A DNA stretch of 64,000 nt from an uncultured virus (IMG/VR IMGVR_UViG_3300025327_000020) (IMGVR_UViG_3300025327_000020); one strand, 5' to 3'. Counted from the stretch's first letter, positions 1 through 9,161 are shown. The notes: a model not told the origin generated them from the sequence alone. Numbers and translations: made by a program.

Positions 1-99
1 TCTGTCTCGTTGATTGCGAACCTCCTCGATGTAGGCATTCGCACCGTTCAAGTCTCGCTGAACAACCGACAACTCGGATTCCTTCGCTGCGACCTCAAG
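1..99 (+). repeat. 99-bp exact direct repeat, copy 1
   Basis: tctgtctcgttgattgcg...gcgacctcaag is identical to 41272..41370; first mismatch at 100 (g) vs 41371 (a). Confidence 0.97.
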
Positions 100-255
100 G
101 CGGGCGCGGGTGAGGGAACCGTAAGTGCCCTTTGTTACGCATGGCCATCCTTCGCCACACTGATTGCAGATACGCCCCTTGAAACTCTCGAAGTGCCGTT
201 TCTCTGCCTCCCGCTCATCCTCCGTCAGCCGGTCCTTCCAATCTACGGTATCCAT
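1..255 (-). CDS. 5' part of a coiled-coil hypothetical protein that wraps across the circular junction into 41271..40966
   Basis: Hand translation MDTVDWKDRLTEDERE...CNQCGEGWPC...GSLTRARLEVAAKESEL; gaggggatt SD upstream of the ATG; in frame with ORF 40966..41523. Confidence 0.75.
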   Translation of the reverse strand, partial: MDTVDWKDRLTEDEREAEKRHFESFKGRICNQCGEGWPCVTKGTYGSLTRARLEVAAKESELSVVQRDLNGANAYIEEVRNQRDR

Positions 256-809
256 GTCAGAATCCCCTCCGTTCCATATCGGGCCAGATAAGCCCAGCCA
301 TTATTTACGTCCCAGAAAAAGAGGTCTACGTGGTTGCCACGAACGAGCCCGCCGGTATCATTGCATATCCACTCCTGTCCATTTAACGTGAACCGTCTTC
401 CCATGTAGGCCCAGTCGCAGGCGGCCTGGCCTTCACCGAGTGGGAGCGGCCCAGATGGGTCGCCACAGTAGGGGGGACAACTGTAGAATGTGACGTACAT
501 GGGCATCTTGGGGCTCTCAGTGGGGGGAATCGTATCTGGGATTGGGGCTGGCGTAGGAGCATTTGCTACTTCCAGTTCTCGCTTCCATAGGTCCTTGTAA
601 AATTCACGTCGCAGCGACAGGTCAGGCACATCTCCCACAGCCAGTCGCCTATCAGCAGTAACTTGGTCAGGTGTCCGTAATGGACTCTGCCATCCTGTAG
701 GAATCTCTCTATTGAGAACTGTGGCATCATCACCTCCATGAAACTTGAGAGAGACTAGGCTGCTCAGGATTACTAGAATTGAAAGACAGCCTAGTGTTCT
801 CCAACTCAG
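243..809 (-). CDS. Membrane-anchored 3D-domain (MltA-like cell-wall) protein
   Basis: C-terminal VTFYSC...AACD...CNDTGGLVRGNHVDLFF fits the 3D (three Asp) domain; the frame stays open upstream of the tracked 638 start and adds a TM segment; start uncertain. Confidence 0.7.
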   Translation of the reverse strand: MSWRTLGCLSILVILSSLVSLKFHGGDDATVLNREIPTGWQSPLRTPDQVTADRRLAVGDVPDLSLRREFYKDLWKRELEVANAPTPAPIPDTIPPTESPKMPMYVTFYSCPPYCGDPSGPLPLGEGQAACDWAYMGRRFTLNGQEWICNDTGGLVRGNHVDLFFWDVNNGWAYLARYGTEGILTWIP

Positions 810-830
810 AGGAATACACTCCGCTTTGGC

Positions 831-1028
831 TTACCGATACTCCTCATCATCTTCCTCCTTTGCTACTATAGGATGTTGAGCACACCCTAAACATTCTCCA
901 GTATCACTTACCTGGATGTAGCCACAACCCTCGCAGAGAACCTCAACTCCAGGGCCTATACCCTTAAGGTCAGACCAACCTTCTGGTGCTCCTAGGTCAT
1001 CACTACATTGTGCACAGAAGTCAGCCAT
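831..1028 (-). CDS. Small Cys-rich zinc-binding protein
   Basis: MADFCAQC...LCEGCG...ECLGC; gaggag SD. Confidence 0.6.
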   Translation of the reverse strand: MADFCAQCSDDLGAPEGWSDLKGIGPGVEVLCEGCGYIQVSDTGECLGCAQHPIVAKEEDDEEYR

Positions 1029-1168
1029 AGTATCTCCTCTCCCAAAACCAAAGGGCTTTTCCCGCCTCATAACAGGTTAGTGCTTTCTGCCTCCATTCCA
1101 TAAGAGCTATATGCCTATATGGTGTGTGGCACCCTTTCTTGTTCAGTAAATCACCTAAGGACTTGTAG

Positions 1169-1867
1169 CTAAACATCTGGCCTCCCTACCTGTCTTAGAA
1201 GTTTCCTAGCAGTATTCAATCCCATTCCTTCTACCTCAGACAACTCCCCTGGTGTGGCTTTGAGGACTCCCCAGACTGTGCCGAAGCGGTTAATTAACGC
1301 TTGGGCTCGTGTAGGCCCTATACCGTCACCTACACTCATCAGCTTTGCTACCTGTGGATTAGGATGGAAACTGGCAGTTTTAAGGTATCGCTCAAAGGTA
1401 GAATGGTCTTCCTTCTGGTCAGCACGGTAGAAGGATGTTAGCAGCCTAGCAGTAGCAAAGATATTAGGTGTCTGGTAGACCTCAATGAACTTCTCTACCT
1501 GGTAGAGCCATGCATACACGGTCTGTATTGGCAGATGGAAGTTCTTGCGAGGCACCATTAGCCTGGCTTTGCCATGTGTAGGAGTCCATACATCAGTACC
1601 AAGCATAGAGGGTGTTGCAATCCCCTCAACTACAAGCATAAGCCTAGTCTCAGGATGTGCTGCCATTTGTCGGCGTAGCAAGTCCTCTACACTATCCAGG
1701 TTGGAGAGTAGGTCATTCCAGGTCTTACGCTCTGCCTGTTGTTGACCACCTATACCCTGCCAAAGGTAATCAGCATGGCCTTGCTCATTCAAGGGTACAA
1801 CCTCAACTGAGAGTGCTTGTTGGAGTAGTGATATGACTTCTGAGGGTTCATGGTTATCTGCAAGCAT
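1169..1867 (-). CDS. ERCC4/XPF-like structure-specific nuclease with C-terminal HhH pair (probable resolvase)
   Basis: ADYLW...AERKTWNDL matches the GDY..ERKxxxD motif; HhH motifs GIGPTRA and VEGMGLNTA. Confidence 0.8.
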   Translation of the reverse strand: MLADNHEPSEVISLLQQALSVEVVPLNEQGHADYLWQGIGGQQQAERKTWNDLLSNLDSVEDLLRRQMAAHPETRLMLVVEGIATPSMLGTDVWTPTHGKARLMVPRKNFHLPIQTVYAWLYQVEKFIEVYQTPNIFATARLLTSFYRADQKEDHSTFERYLKTASFHPNPQVAKLMSVGDGIGPTRAQALINRFGTVWGVLKATPGELSEVEGMGLNTARKLLRQVGRPDV

Positions 1868-2118
1868 CAGGCGCTCCTCTGCTTGAGCCAGTTGCAGTCA
1901 GAGCAGAGGCCCTCACTATTGAGCTTGAAGGCTTTATTGCAAACCTTACACCTAGGAGGAGCATCCATATCGTTAAGGACTTCTAGGCAAATGCGGATTA
2001 TCCTACCCCCAGGGCGGTTAGCTAGTAGGCGGCCTTCTCTGATATACCTGTGCATAGTGTTGGGGTTAATCTTGAGGAAGTCAGCGGCCTCTTTGACAGT
2101 CAACCAGGTGCAACTCAT
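1867..2118 (-). CDS. Excisionase-like HTH_17 protein with C-terminal Zn finger
   Basis: WLTVKEAADFLKINPNTMHRYIREGRL; CKVC...CSDC. Confidence 0.8.
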   Translation of the reverse strand: MSCTWLTVKEAADFLKINPNTMHRYIREGRLLANRPGGRIIRICLEVLNDMDAPPRCKVCNKAFKLNSEGLCSDCNWLKQRSA

Positions 2119-2969
2119 GAGGAGACCTGGGCCTTCGCTCTTCTCTCCAATTGTATCCTCTCACCAGACCCAAGTGCTATAAGGTCTACAATAGAATCCC
2201 AGGATGGACTCTCCATCATAGTTCCTTCAAGCTGCATATTGTATCCGCACTTATGTAGCTTGCCAGAGGGAATACCTCCTGACTTACTCATCCTGATTGC
2301 TACGTCCACGAAACGGTAAGTCTGACTCAGGCCCTCAAGTTTCCTATTACCAGTCATAGCTGTCTCTACCTTGCCGTCGCGGCCTATAACTTCCTTATAC
2401 TCATCCGTGAGGTGGTGGACAGCAATGAGGTTTTTCTTGACTCCTGCACAGGTGGTGTAGATATTCCTCACAGGGTCGTTGGCCTGACCCCATTCTATTT
2501 GGAGCAGGCGTTCCCTCAATTCTACTCCGAGCTTTCTTATTCCATTAGTATCAAAGGCTTTATCCTGTAGGCTTTCCAGGTAGGCATCAGCCTTTATCCG
2601 TCTTGCTACAGTCATTGTGTCTATGACTATGGAGGATATAAGAGGGTCTACCACTACCTCAGCTAGTGCCTGGATAAAGTAGTTCCAGAGGGCATGGCAG
2701 CCCTTCACCCGTATTGAGTCCAGTTGGATTGGGGGAGGTAACTCGAATATGGTAATGTCAGAGTCTTGCCAGGATGCACTACTAGGGGGTTCGTTCCTAG
2801 TGTATGGCACCATATTAATTCTAAGACCCTCGAACAGTTCCTTGAATCTACCTCCATAAATAGCTCGCTCTGCTCCTAGGTCAAATCCAAATCCTACAAT
2901 GGGCAGGGGTGCAGAATAGGCTAAGGTTGTTTTGCCAACGGATTCCTCACCTTCGAGGCTTAGTATCAT
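2115..2969 (-). CDS. AAA_24/Sak4-like P-loop ATPase (recombinase)
   Basis: N-terminal Walker A GEESVGKTT, Walker B SIVIDT; lies next to the exonuclease and SSB-like genes. Confidence 0.7.
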   Translation of the reverse strand: MILSLEGEESVGKTTLAYSAPLPIVGFGFDLGAERAIYGGRFKELFEGLRINMVPYTRNEPPSSASWQDSDITIFELPPPIQLDSIRVKGCHALWNYFIQALAEVVVDPLISSIVIDTMTVARRIKADAYLESLQDKAFDTNGIRKLGVELRERLLQIEWGQANDPVRNIYTTCAGVKKNLIAVHHLTDEYKEVIGRDGKVETAMTGNRKLEGLSQTYRFVDVAIRMSKSGGIPSGKLHKCGYNMQLEGTMMESPSWDSIVDLIALGSGERIQLERRAKAQVSS

Positions 2970-3151
2970 CGGAGAGCCTCAATGTTTTGTAGTGCTCCAT
3001 CAACTGATGACGACATTATCTACCTCCCTTACTGCCTGCTCTAGTGCTTGTAAGGCCCAGAGCCTCAACTCTACCTTGGTTACTGTTTGCCTTCGGCTGC
3101 GTTCTATCCTAATTCGGAGTAGCTCCCAGGCTCGCTTATAGATGTCAGGCA

Positions 3152-3328
3152 TTATGTCTCCTTTCGAGGCCTACCAATGTGGAAGGCCTGGCAGAAACTA
3201 CACTTGTAAGGATGCATCTGGTACATAGGGCGTGAGAGTGCCTTAGCCGCTCCATTAGCAGAGGCATAGGTATCATACCTAGCCTTAGTCTGGCAGGAGC
3301 GTCGGCGCACTCTACGCTTACTGCCCAT
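3152..3328 (-). CDS. Small basic Zn-binding phage protein
   Basis: CQTKARY...YKCSFCQAFHIG. Confidence 0.55.
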   Translation of the reverse strand: MGSKRRVRRRSCQTKARYDTYASANGAAKALSRPMYQMHPYKCSFCQAFHIGRPRKET

Positions 3329-3563
3329 GACTAAGGAATGAAGATAACTTCCGTGCATAGCCCAATGCCTCTGCAACATGGGTCATAGCTATGCCCTCGT
3401 TAAGGCTTCGAGGCGGAGCCTTCCCTAACACACGTTGAACGAGGTTATCAAGGTTCTCATCATCAAGGCTATCAAGAGGCCTATCAGCGTGCTCTGCACA
3501 TCGGTCACAACCATCAGCTAGGCCGTGAGTGTGCATATCAGGGTGAGGTGAGTGAGTAGTCAT
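3318..3563 (-). CDS. Hypothetical protein
   Basis: Overlaps neighbours in operon fashion; CDRCAEH. Confidence 0.55.
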   Translation of the reverse strand: MTTHSPHPDMHTHGLADGCDRCAEHADRPLDSLDDENLDNLVQRVLGKAPPRSLNEGIAMTHVAEALGYARKLSSFLSHGQ

Positions 3564-4216
3564 CCTGTCTCTCCTTTCATTGACTCTCTAGCATCACAGA
3601 GGAGTTTGTATGGGCAATAGTCACACTCCCACTTCTCGTTGTAGATGAACTGTTTAGGTGGTTCATCCCTCTCAATATGGTCAAGGTAGACATTACGTCT
3701 CTGTAACATCCACCTCCAGTTGTCATCTATCTCCTCTTGGGTGGCAGTTCCTTTCCACACTCTAAGCTCAGGAAATGGTGGCTTGTAGTCCCCCATTAGG
3801 TGCATAGCTGGTAGGGTTATTTGTGTTCTACCTCTGACCTTGAGATAACCTAATACCTGCTTAATCCAAGTAGAGGGAATACGTTCTAGGAACTTCTCAC
3901 CTGAAATCCTAGTGGACTTCAATTCTCCTGTCTCTCCCTCATAGTCCAGGAAGTCTATGTCATAGTAGATACCGTCATGGACTCCTCCGATATGCTGCCT
4001 ATGCTGCTTGAGCAATACCTGCTCTAGGCCCACACCTACAACAAAGAGCATAGTTTCCCTTGGAGTGGGTTGAAGAGGCTTCTTGCGGTTATACCAGGAC
4101 CTAGTGAGGCAATAGATTAGCTCCGTGAGGTGTGGTAGAGGCTTATCTATCCTAATCTCCTCGGCTAAGTCCCCTATCATACGGTTGGCAAGATGCGTAT
4201 CCTCAACCCACTCCAT
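3560..4216 (-). CDS. Cas4-like PD-(D/E)xK exonuclease with Fe-S cysteines
   Basis: N-terminal Cys (YCLTR), IDF..ELKS, QVLGY, C-terminal CDYCPYKLLC. Confidence 0.8.
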   Translation of the reverse strand: MEWVEDTHLANRMIGDLAEEIRIDKPLPHLTELIYCLTRSWYNRKKPLQPTPRETMLFVVGVGLEQVLLKQHRQHIGGVHDGIYYDIDFLDYEGETGELKSTRISGEKFLERIPSTWIKQVLGYLKVRGRTQITLPAMHLMGDYKPPFPELRVWKGTATQEEIDDNWRWMLQRRNVYLDHIERDEPPKQFIYNEKWECDYCPYKLLCDARESMKGETG

Positions 4217-4231
4217 AGGAATTACTCCTTT

Positions 4232-4561
4232 CTAGGGGATATGAGTCCCCTCCACTCCTCTGGATTCTCTTTCCCTAGTGCGATTATCCAACCACATCAA
4301 GGCTTCCTCTAGCTTGGTGATAGCTAGGGAGTTCTGGCGACAGGCAAACTTACCCTCACTGGTTGTATTGTAGAATCTGATACGTTCTACACAGGCATAG
4401 ATTACATCCTCCACAAAAGCACCATTCGGCTCTTGCCTGTCGGCATCTCTTCCTAGAGGTCCATCCTGCCAATCTATACGCAGACCTGTTCCAGAGACAT
4501 ATCCTCCACTAGGATTGCCGTCAGCATCAAGCTGGTTAGCTAATTCTACTCCCTGCCTCAT
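4232..4561 (-). CDS. tad1: Tad1-like anti-Thoeris/CBASS signal sponge
   Basis: IDWQDGP...NGAFVEDVI...ERI...FACRQNSLAITKLEEALMWLDNRTRERESRGVEGT aligns with the recalled Tad1 pattern FQxG...HGV...D...DRL...[27 protein letters not shown].GT. Confidence 0.8.
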   Translation of the reverse strand: MRQGVELANQLDADGNPSGGYVSGTGLRIDWQDGPLGRDADRQEPNGAFVEDVIYACVERIRFYNTTSEGKFACRQNSLAITKLEEALMWLDNRTRERESRGVEGTHIP

Positions 4562-5286
4562 GACTGTACCTTGTGTAGGACACCCTCTGTGTCCCTAGTT
4601 ATCCGCTCTGCTGCAATGAGGGTATCCAGGAGAACCCTATCAGTTAGAGCCTTGACTACAGTAGGCTTAGTGATAACCTGCTGGTCAGTAAGTGCTGCCT
4701 CATAGAACTGCTGCTCTGTCTTGCCATCGGCTAGTGCTGAGAGGTAGGCATTGAAGTCAGCATCAACCTGAGCTACTGACCCTAGGCCATCCACAGAGAC
4801 AATTTGCCAGGACTCACCCTCCACATCACCATACTTGGGACGGCCTTTCTCGTTGAGAATAACGTTGCCATCCTCATCTGTAAGCCTCTGGTTAAGTGTG
4901 CAAGGGAGAACAGCCCACTCCTGTCTCTTCCCTACTAGAGCATCCAACTCCCCATCAGGCACCAGCTTGCGGACGGAACTAGCAAGGGCCTCCCATCTTG
5001 ACTTCCCAAACGATGAGGTTGGAGGGGCGTAGCCTATCCTCACCTGAGCTATGGGGAACGGGTATGGCTCAGTAGACTCTATGACCTCCACTTCCTTGAA
5101 GTCGAATACGGCAACCATAAAGGAGCCAGGAGTCCCATCCTGTCTTGAGAACTCAACCTTTTCTGGAGCGTACTGGCCTAGTATACCTTTGAACCTACGT
5201 AGAGGGCTTTGCCCTGTGGGTGCAGCCGTACTTAGGCGAACCGGTTCCTGTGTCAATTGCGGTTTCCCTTTCCTAGACTGAATCAA
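4558..5286 (-). CDS. Hypothetical protein, possible ssDNA-binding protein
   Basis: Beta-rich N-terminus; position in the recombination module. Confidence 0.4.
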   Translation of the reverse strand: MIQSRKGKPQLTQEPVRLSTAAPTGQSPLRRFKGILGQYAPEKVEFSRQDGTPGSFMVAVFDFKEVEVIESTEPYPFPIAQVRIGYAPPTSSFGKSRWEALASSVRKLVPDGELDALVGKRQEWAVLPCTLNQRLTDEDGNVILNEKGRPKYGDVEGESWQIVSVDGLGSVAQVDADFNAYLSALADGKTEQQFYEAALTDQQVITKPTVVKALTDRVLLDTLIAAERITRDTEGVLHKVQS

Positions 5287-5316
5287 TTTCCACTACAGAC
5301 TCAAACGAAAACTATC

Positions 5317-5583
5317 TCATCTCAAACCTAGCCTTTCCCTCCAATGACTAACAGTAGAGAAGTGAATGCTCAACCTCTTCCCTACCTCCTCAAGTGAACC
5401 CTCCATTAGTAACTCCTCAATTGGCCTCTTGAATTGCTGCTCAAGCAAGCGCATTGCCAGAGTCTTATGGCTATTGGGAGGAGGCCTAGGCTCAGATTCC
5501 AGATGCCCCTGACCTGCTCGAACTAATCCATGCCGTTCGAGTATCTGGCGCCTGAGCCTTTCCTTGAAATGAGGTGTGCTCAA
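5317..5583 (-). CDS. HTH DNA-binding protein
   Basis: SLEEVGKRLSIHFSTVSHWRERLG. Confidence 0.7.
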   Translation of the reverse strand: MSTPHFKERLRRQILERHGLVRAGQGHLESEPRPPPNSHKTLAMRLLEQQFKRPIEELLMEGSLEEVGKRLSIHFSTVSHWRERLGLR

Positions 5584-5586
5584 GGT

Positions 5587-5793
5587 TTAGGACTTCTCCT
5601 CTGCATAGCCTAGTGCATCAAGGAACATCTCCTCATTGAAGCTAGGATTATCCTCCTTGAACATTTCAATCAGCTTATCGACGATGAAGTTAAGGATTTC
5701 CTCATCATCAACTGTGGCTCCATCAGTCCATGCCTTGTCGAGGGTAGCAGCAATGACTTTATAGTGTCTTTCGGTGAACAAAGGTTCAGACAT
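5587..5793 (-). CDS. Small hypothetical protein
   Basis: FTERHYKVIA...FKEDNPSFNEEMF pattern common in phage early genes. Confidence 0.6.
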   Translation of the reverse strand: MSEPLFTERHYKVIAATLDKAWTDGATVDDEEILNFIVDKLIEMFKEDNPSFNEEMFLDALGYAEEKS

Positions 5794-5977
5794 AGCGGAT
5801 TCTCCCTTCAATGTCTCTAATATCGCTGACTACCTTATCGAGGTCACACCGGAGGTCATAGGTCTCATCGTTATGCTGGCGCTCAATCCCACGGATATAA
5901 TCCTCTATCCTATGGAGTTTCTCCCCTAACTCCTCTAGTCTACTATCCACATAGTTACAGTATTGCTCATCACACAC
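5786..5977 (-). CDS. Small coiled-coil hypothetical protein
   Basis: Operon-like overlap; aggaga SD. Confidence 0.5.
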   Translation of the reverse strand: MCDEQYCNYVDSRLEELGEKLHRIEDYIRGIERQHNDETYDLRCDLDKVVSDIRDIEGRIRYV

Positions 5978-6185
5978 GAGTCAGTCTCCTTTCCTGTAGC
6001 TCCTGCCACATATCAGATGCAATCCTATCAGGCACCTGACACTTGGGATTGCAGACTGCTACGCATTGAAAGTATCTTCGGTCAGGTGTACCGCAAAAGG
6101 TTCGCAGCATCCTGACATGGGCAATAGGGTCAGGACAGTTTAAGTCCCTCAGCTTGTGAACTAAATGTCTAAGGCTAAACATCAA
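5970..6185 (-). CDS. Small hypothetical protein
   Basis: Operon-like overlap with both neighbours. Confidence 0.45.
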   Translation of the reverse strand: MMFSLRHLVHKLRDLNCPDPIAHVRMLRTFCGTPDRRYFQCVAVCNPKCQVPDRIASDMWQELQERRLTRV

Positions 6186-6364
6186 TTATATCTCGTTTCC
6201 TCCTCAAGAATGTTATTCAAGAGGACATGTATGGCCCTAATATTGCCAGAGGCAGATGTCCTACATGAGCCATCTAGCCTCTGTAATCCTCTCTTCAATT
6301 CTGAAATAACATGACGGAAGTTTTCTCTGCGGCTCTCCTCTTGCATCTCTACCTCGCTACTCAT
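6182..6364 (-). CDS. Small hypothetical protein
   Basis: gaggag SD before MSSEVEM. Confidence 0.5.
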   Translation of the reverse strand: MSSEVEMQEESRRENFRHVISELKRGLQRLDGSCRTSASGNIRAIHVLLNNILEEETRYN

Positions 6365-6608
6365 GGTACTCCTCTCCGAATAATCTGCGTTCAACAGCCT
6401 CATCATAGGCACGGTCTGGGTCAGGCTCTCTCTCCTCTAAGTCAGTAGTCCAACCGCATTGACAGGCTATCCAATGTTCGTGTCGATAGCCTAACTCCAT
6501 CGTAGGGCCTCCACACTTACCACAGGGTAGGTCTGACTCTCTTTCGTAGTCAGGCCCTGCAATGGCAAACTCGTTGCCTGTTACTCCTGGTGGGTAATTA
6601 CTTGCCAT
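6357..6608 (-). CDS. Small Zn-ribbon protein
   Basis: MASNYPPGVTG...CGKCGG...CQCG...PDPDRAYD. Confidence 0.65.
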   Translation of the reverse strand: MASNYPPGVTGNEFAIAGPDYERESDLPCGKCGGPTMELGYRHEHWIACQCGWTTDLEEREPDPDRAYDEAVERRLFGEEYHE

Positions 6609-6792
6609 TAGGATTAACCGCCCCTATAAAGAGTCCTTTCGCAACAACCTTTAATTCCCTCATAGATATGGGAATAGAGAGGTCGAAGTCAGGAGGTAGA
6701 CCCTCAAAGATGGTACAGGAATCTTTTATACAGAGGTACCCTGTCTCAACAATCCATTCCTCTCTTGTGCCTGCGTGAAGTCTTACCTTCAT
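6598..6792 (-). CDS. Small hypothetical protein
   Basis: aaggag SD; overlaps the next gene. Confidence 0.5.
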   Translation of the reverse strand: MKVRLHAGTREEWIVETGYLCIKDSCTIFEGLPPDFDLSIPISMRELKVVAKGLFIGAVNPNGK

Positions 6793-6894
6793 GTTACTCC
6801 TTCATTCCCATAATGGCTGCAACCAGCCAGAATAGGACTACTAGGATAAAACCCGCTACCCAGGGCACAAAGGCCAAGATGATAATGCTTTCCA

Positions 6895-7155
6895 TTAGGA
6901 TTCTCCTTTCAGTATGACCTCATATGGAGAAATGGAGGGAGCAGATGAGGTTCTATGCAGCGGGGGTGCGGCATGAGGGAGGTCCTCACCTGCTCCCATG
7001 TGAAATCTGATACAGGCACACCTGTCAGGAAAGTGAGCACAGCAGGCCCCGTTTCGCTCCTTCATCCCTATGACTTTGGAGTGTAGGCCCCTACTGTGGG
7101 TACACCGACAGGTTTGCCTGTGGTACTGACTTAGCTCAGAGGTTGGCTCATTCAT
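6895..7155 (-). CDS. Small Cys/His-rich protein
   Basis: CRCTHSRGLH...CAH...CACIRF. Confidence 0.5.
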   Translation of the reverse strand: MNEPTSELSQYHRQTCRCTHSRGLHSKVIGMKERNGACCAHFPDRCACIRFHMGAGEDLPHAAPPLHRTSSAPSISPYEVILKGES

Positions 7156-7290
7156 CTGGTATCCACTTTTTGCAGGGGCATTTTTCCGTTACGCACCAAC
7201 CGAGGTATGGTTCATAAGGTGCAATGTCTCTATGATTCATGTGCGATACCTTGGTGTGACCACAAATACAGAATTGTAGGGGTTTCATAG

Positions 7291-7461
7291 CTACACTACC
7301 TCAATCACTACCCTCAATGTCTGAGGAGGATTGCTGCCTGCAACTGACTTATGGATATAGAGTGTACCAACAGCAGGCGGGTCGTACTCGGCTACTTCCT
7401 GATACCTCTGAGTGTTCTTAGTGGAACGCTCGAATGTAAAGGTTAGCTCAGTCCGTTCCAT
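7291..7461 (-). CDS. 56-aa beta-rich hypothetical protein (not in ORF track)
   Basis: MERTELTFTFERSTKNTQRYQE...VGTLYIHK...LRVVIEVV; ggagg SD. Confidence 0.65.
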   Translation of the reverse strand: MERTELTFTFERSTKNTQRYQEVAEYDPPAVGTLYIHKSVAGSNPPQTLRVVIEVV

Positions 7462-7895
7462 TTTATGTCCTCCTATTCATTCCAGTATTCTGGAAGGTTA
7501 CCATTGGCGTGGGCCGCTGTCTGTGCTGCACTCCTCGTAAGGTCTCCCCATCCTGGTAGACAGCAGATGTCACCTAGATACTCCGCTGTGAACCACCATA
7601 GCTCGGCTCGCAGGTCACATAGGTCATCTACAGGCTGAGACCGCAGGTGGCGTATGGTTACGGTGAGGTCGTGGTGGGATAGGTCAGGCATGGTTAGAAT
7701 GGTAGGTCGCCACCATCCCCATAACGTGCAGCCCATGAGGAACGGCGGACTAGAATAGCCCTAGGAACCTCTAGAATCCTTCGGGCTACTATATTGTAGG
7801 CCTCAGACTCACCCTGAACTCTACCTCGCGCCTGTATGGGAGCAATTGGCCTGTTGTGACTGTGGCCATACACTTGCAGGATTTCGATGCTTACG

Positions 7896-8090
7896 TCAGG
7901 CATAGGCGTGCTCTGGCAGGCTTGTCTTGAAGGTGTAACCACAGATGCAAACGATAGAGTACCCATATCGAGGCACCTCTATCAGTTGAACAAGATGGTC
8001 ACAATTAGGGCAGGCAGTCTCATAGCCTGAGGCCACTATGTCTGCCGATTCCCTGTCCTCATACTCGTCATCCTGAATGACTGTGCTCAC
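7896..8090 (-). CDS. Small Zn-ribbon protein
   Basis: ASGYETACPNC...CICG; ggagg SD. Confidence 0.6.
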   Translation of the reverse strand: MSTVIQDDEYEDRESADIVASGYETACPNCDHLVQLIEVPRYGYSIVCICGYTFKTSLPEHAYA

Positions 8091-8099
8091 TTCGTCCTC

Positions 8100-8261
8100 C
8101 TATCCTTCAATGTGAAACACTATCCTCTTGGCCGTCACATCGCGGCGCTCAAAGAGCATCACAACCGAATGTTTCCTGACCTCGAGGAGAGTAACCTCTT
8201 CCGGCCCGATGTTCATCCAGGCCAACTTCCTGAGTAGGTATTGCTCTAGTGCCTTAGGCAT
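8100..8261 (-). CDS. 53-aa hypothetical protein (not in ORF track)
   Basis: ggaggtg SD then MPKALEQYLLRK... Confidence 0.55.
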   Translation of the reverse strand: MPKALEQYLLRKLAWMNIGPEEVTLLEVRKHSVVMLFERRDVTAKRIVFHIEG

Positions 8262-8469
8262 TTGTAATCACCTCCAATCTGTTCCATTTGTAGGTGCTAT
8301 TATTGTTGAGGATGCCACCAGTGATAGGGGTGTCAGGGAACTCCACTAGCGCATACCCATTATAATACACATAGAGGACTATCCCCTCAACTCCGTCAAC
8401 TCTGACCCTACTGCCCTCTTTAACGGGCGACTTTGCTAGAGCCTCATCTATCATTTCACCTGTTATCAT
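8254..8469 (-). CDS. Small SH3-like beta-barrel protein
   Basis: VKEGSRVRVDGVEGIVLYV...ALVEF. Confidence 0.5.
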   Translation of the reverse strand: MITGEMIDEALAKSPVKEGSRVRVDGVEGIVLYVYYNGYALVEFPDTPITGGILNNNSTYKWNRLEVITNA

Positions 8470-8480
8470 TATCTCCTATC

Positions 8481-9161
8481 CTATCTGACTTGTCGCCGGC
8501 TTGGTAGGACTGACACTGTGTTACCTGCAGACACACCAGCCTGGTAAGCCCTTGCATCGATGGAGTATGTCCTACCATGTCCTAGATTGGGATATGCCTG
8601 CTTGATGAAGGCATCGTTTTCCTCATCCAGGCACACCACAAGAGCCTGTGTCTGCCCATTGTTCTGTGAGCTAACCTCGATAAGCCGCTCCTTGATTCGG
8701 TTAATCGCGCCATAGAGGAATGAATCCTTCCAGGTGCGGTCAACGGTCTCACCTAGGAACTCTCGCGCATTGATGTCGGCCATGACCAGGGTGTCAAGCT
8801 GGCCTGCGAGCCACAGCGATAGCTCCTGCACAACCTCAATGTTGTATTTCCTACCAATGATGCTAGGATGCCGACCAAATGCCCTATGGGTAATGACACG
8901 GCAGAAGTTCTGCCTAGCTATTACACCTAGCAGAGTGCTCCTCCAGTCAGCCCGTCCGATGTTGAACTCCTCATCTAGAACCTCAAATGAGAAGTTATCC
9001 TCGTCCAGCTTGACATCCAACATATCGAGGTTATGCTTGAGGAGTAATGCCTGCGCTCGCTCCATTGCCAGTGATGCCTCGGCCTCTGTAGCCGCATGGT
9101 CATTCGCCAGTCGGAGTAACGCACGAATCTTCTCTAGGATATTGTCGTCAGGCATTTCCAT
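8481..9161 (-). CDS. DUF2786-domain protein
   Basis: ILEKIRALLRLA...TEAEASLAMERAQALLLKHNL. Confidence 0.85.
   Translation of the reverse strand: MEMPDDNILEKIRALLRLANDHAATEAEASLAMERAQALLLKHNLDMLDVKLDEDNFSFEVLDEEFNIGRADWRSTLLGVIARQNFCRVITHRAFGRHPSIIGRKYNIEVVQELSLWLAGQLDTLVMADINAREFLGETVDRTWKDSFLYGAINRIKERLIEVSSQNNGQTQALVVCLDEENDAFIKQAYPNLGHGRTYSIDARAYQAGVSAGNTVSVLPSRRQVR

Noticed and set aside
1..99. 99-bp repeat as attL/attR of an integrated prophage
   Set aside because: It lies inside a phage ORF, with no integrase, tRNA or host DNA; it starts exactly at base 1 and has a k-mer-like length
3560..4216. Cas4-like gene as a sign of CRISPR-Cas
   Set aside because: No repeat-spacer array or other cas genes; solo Cas4-like nucleases are common in phage recombination modules
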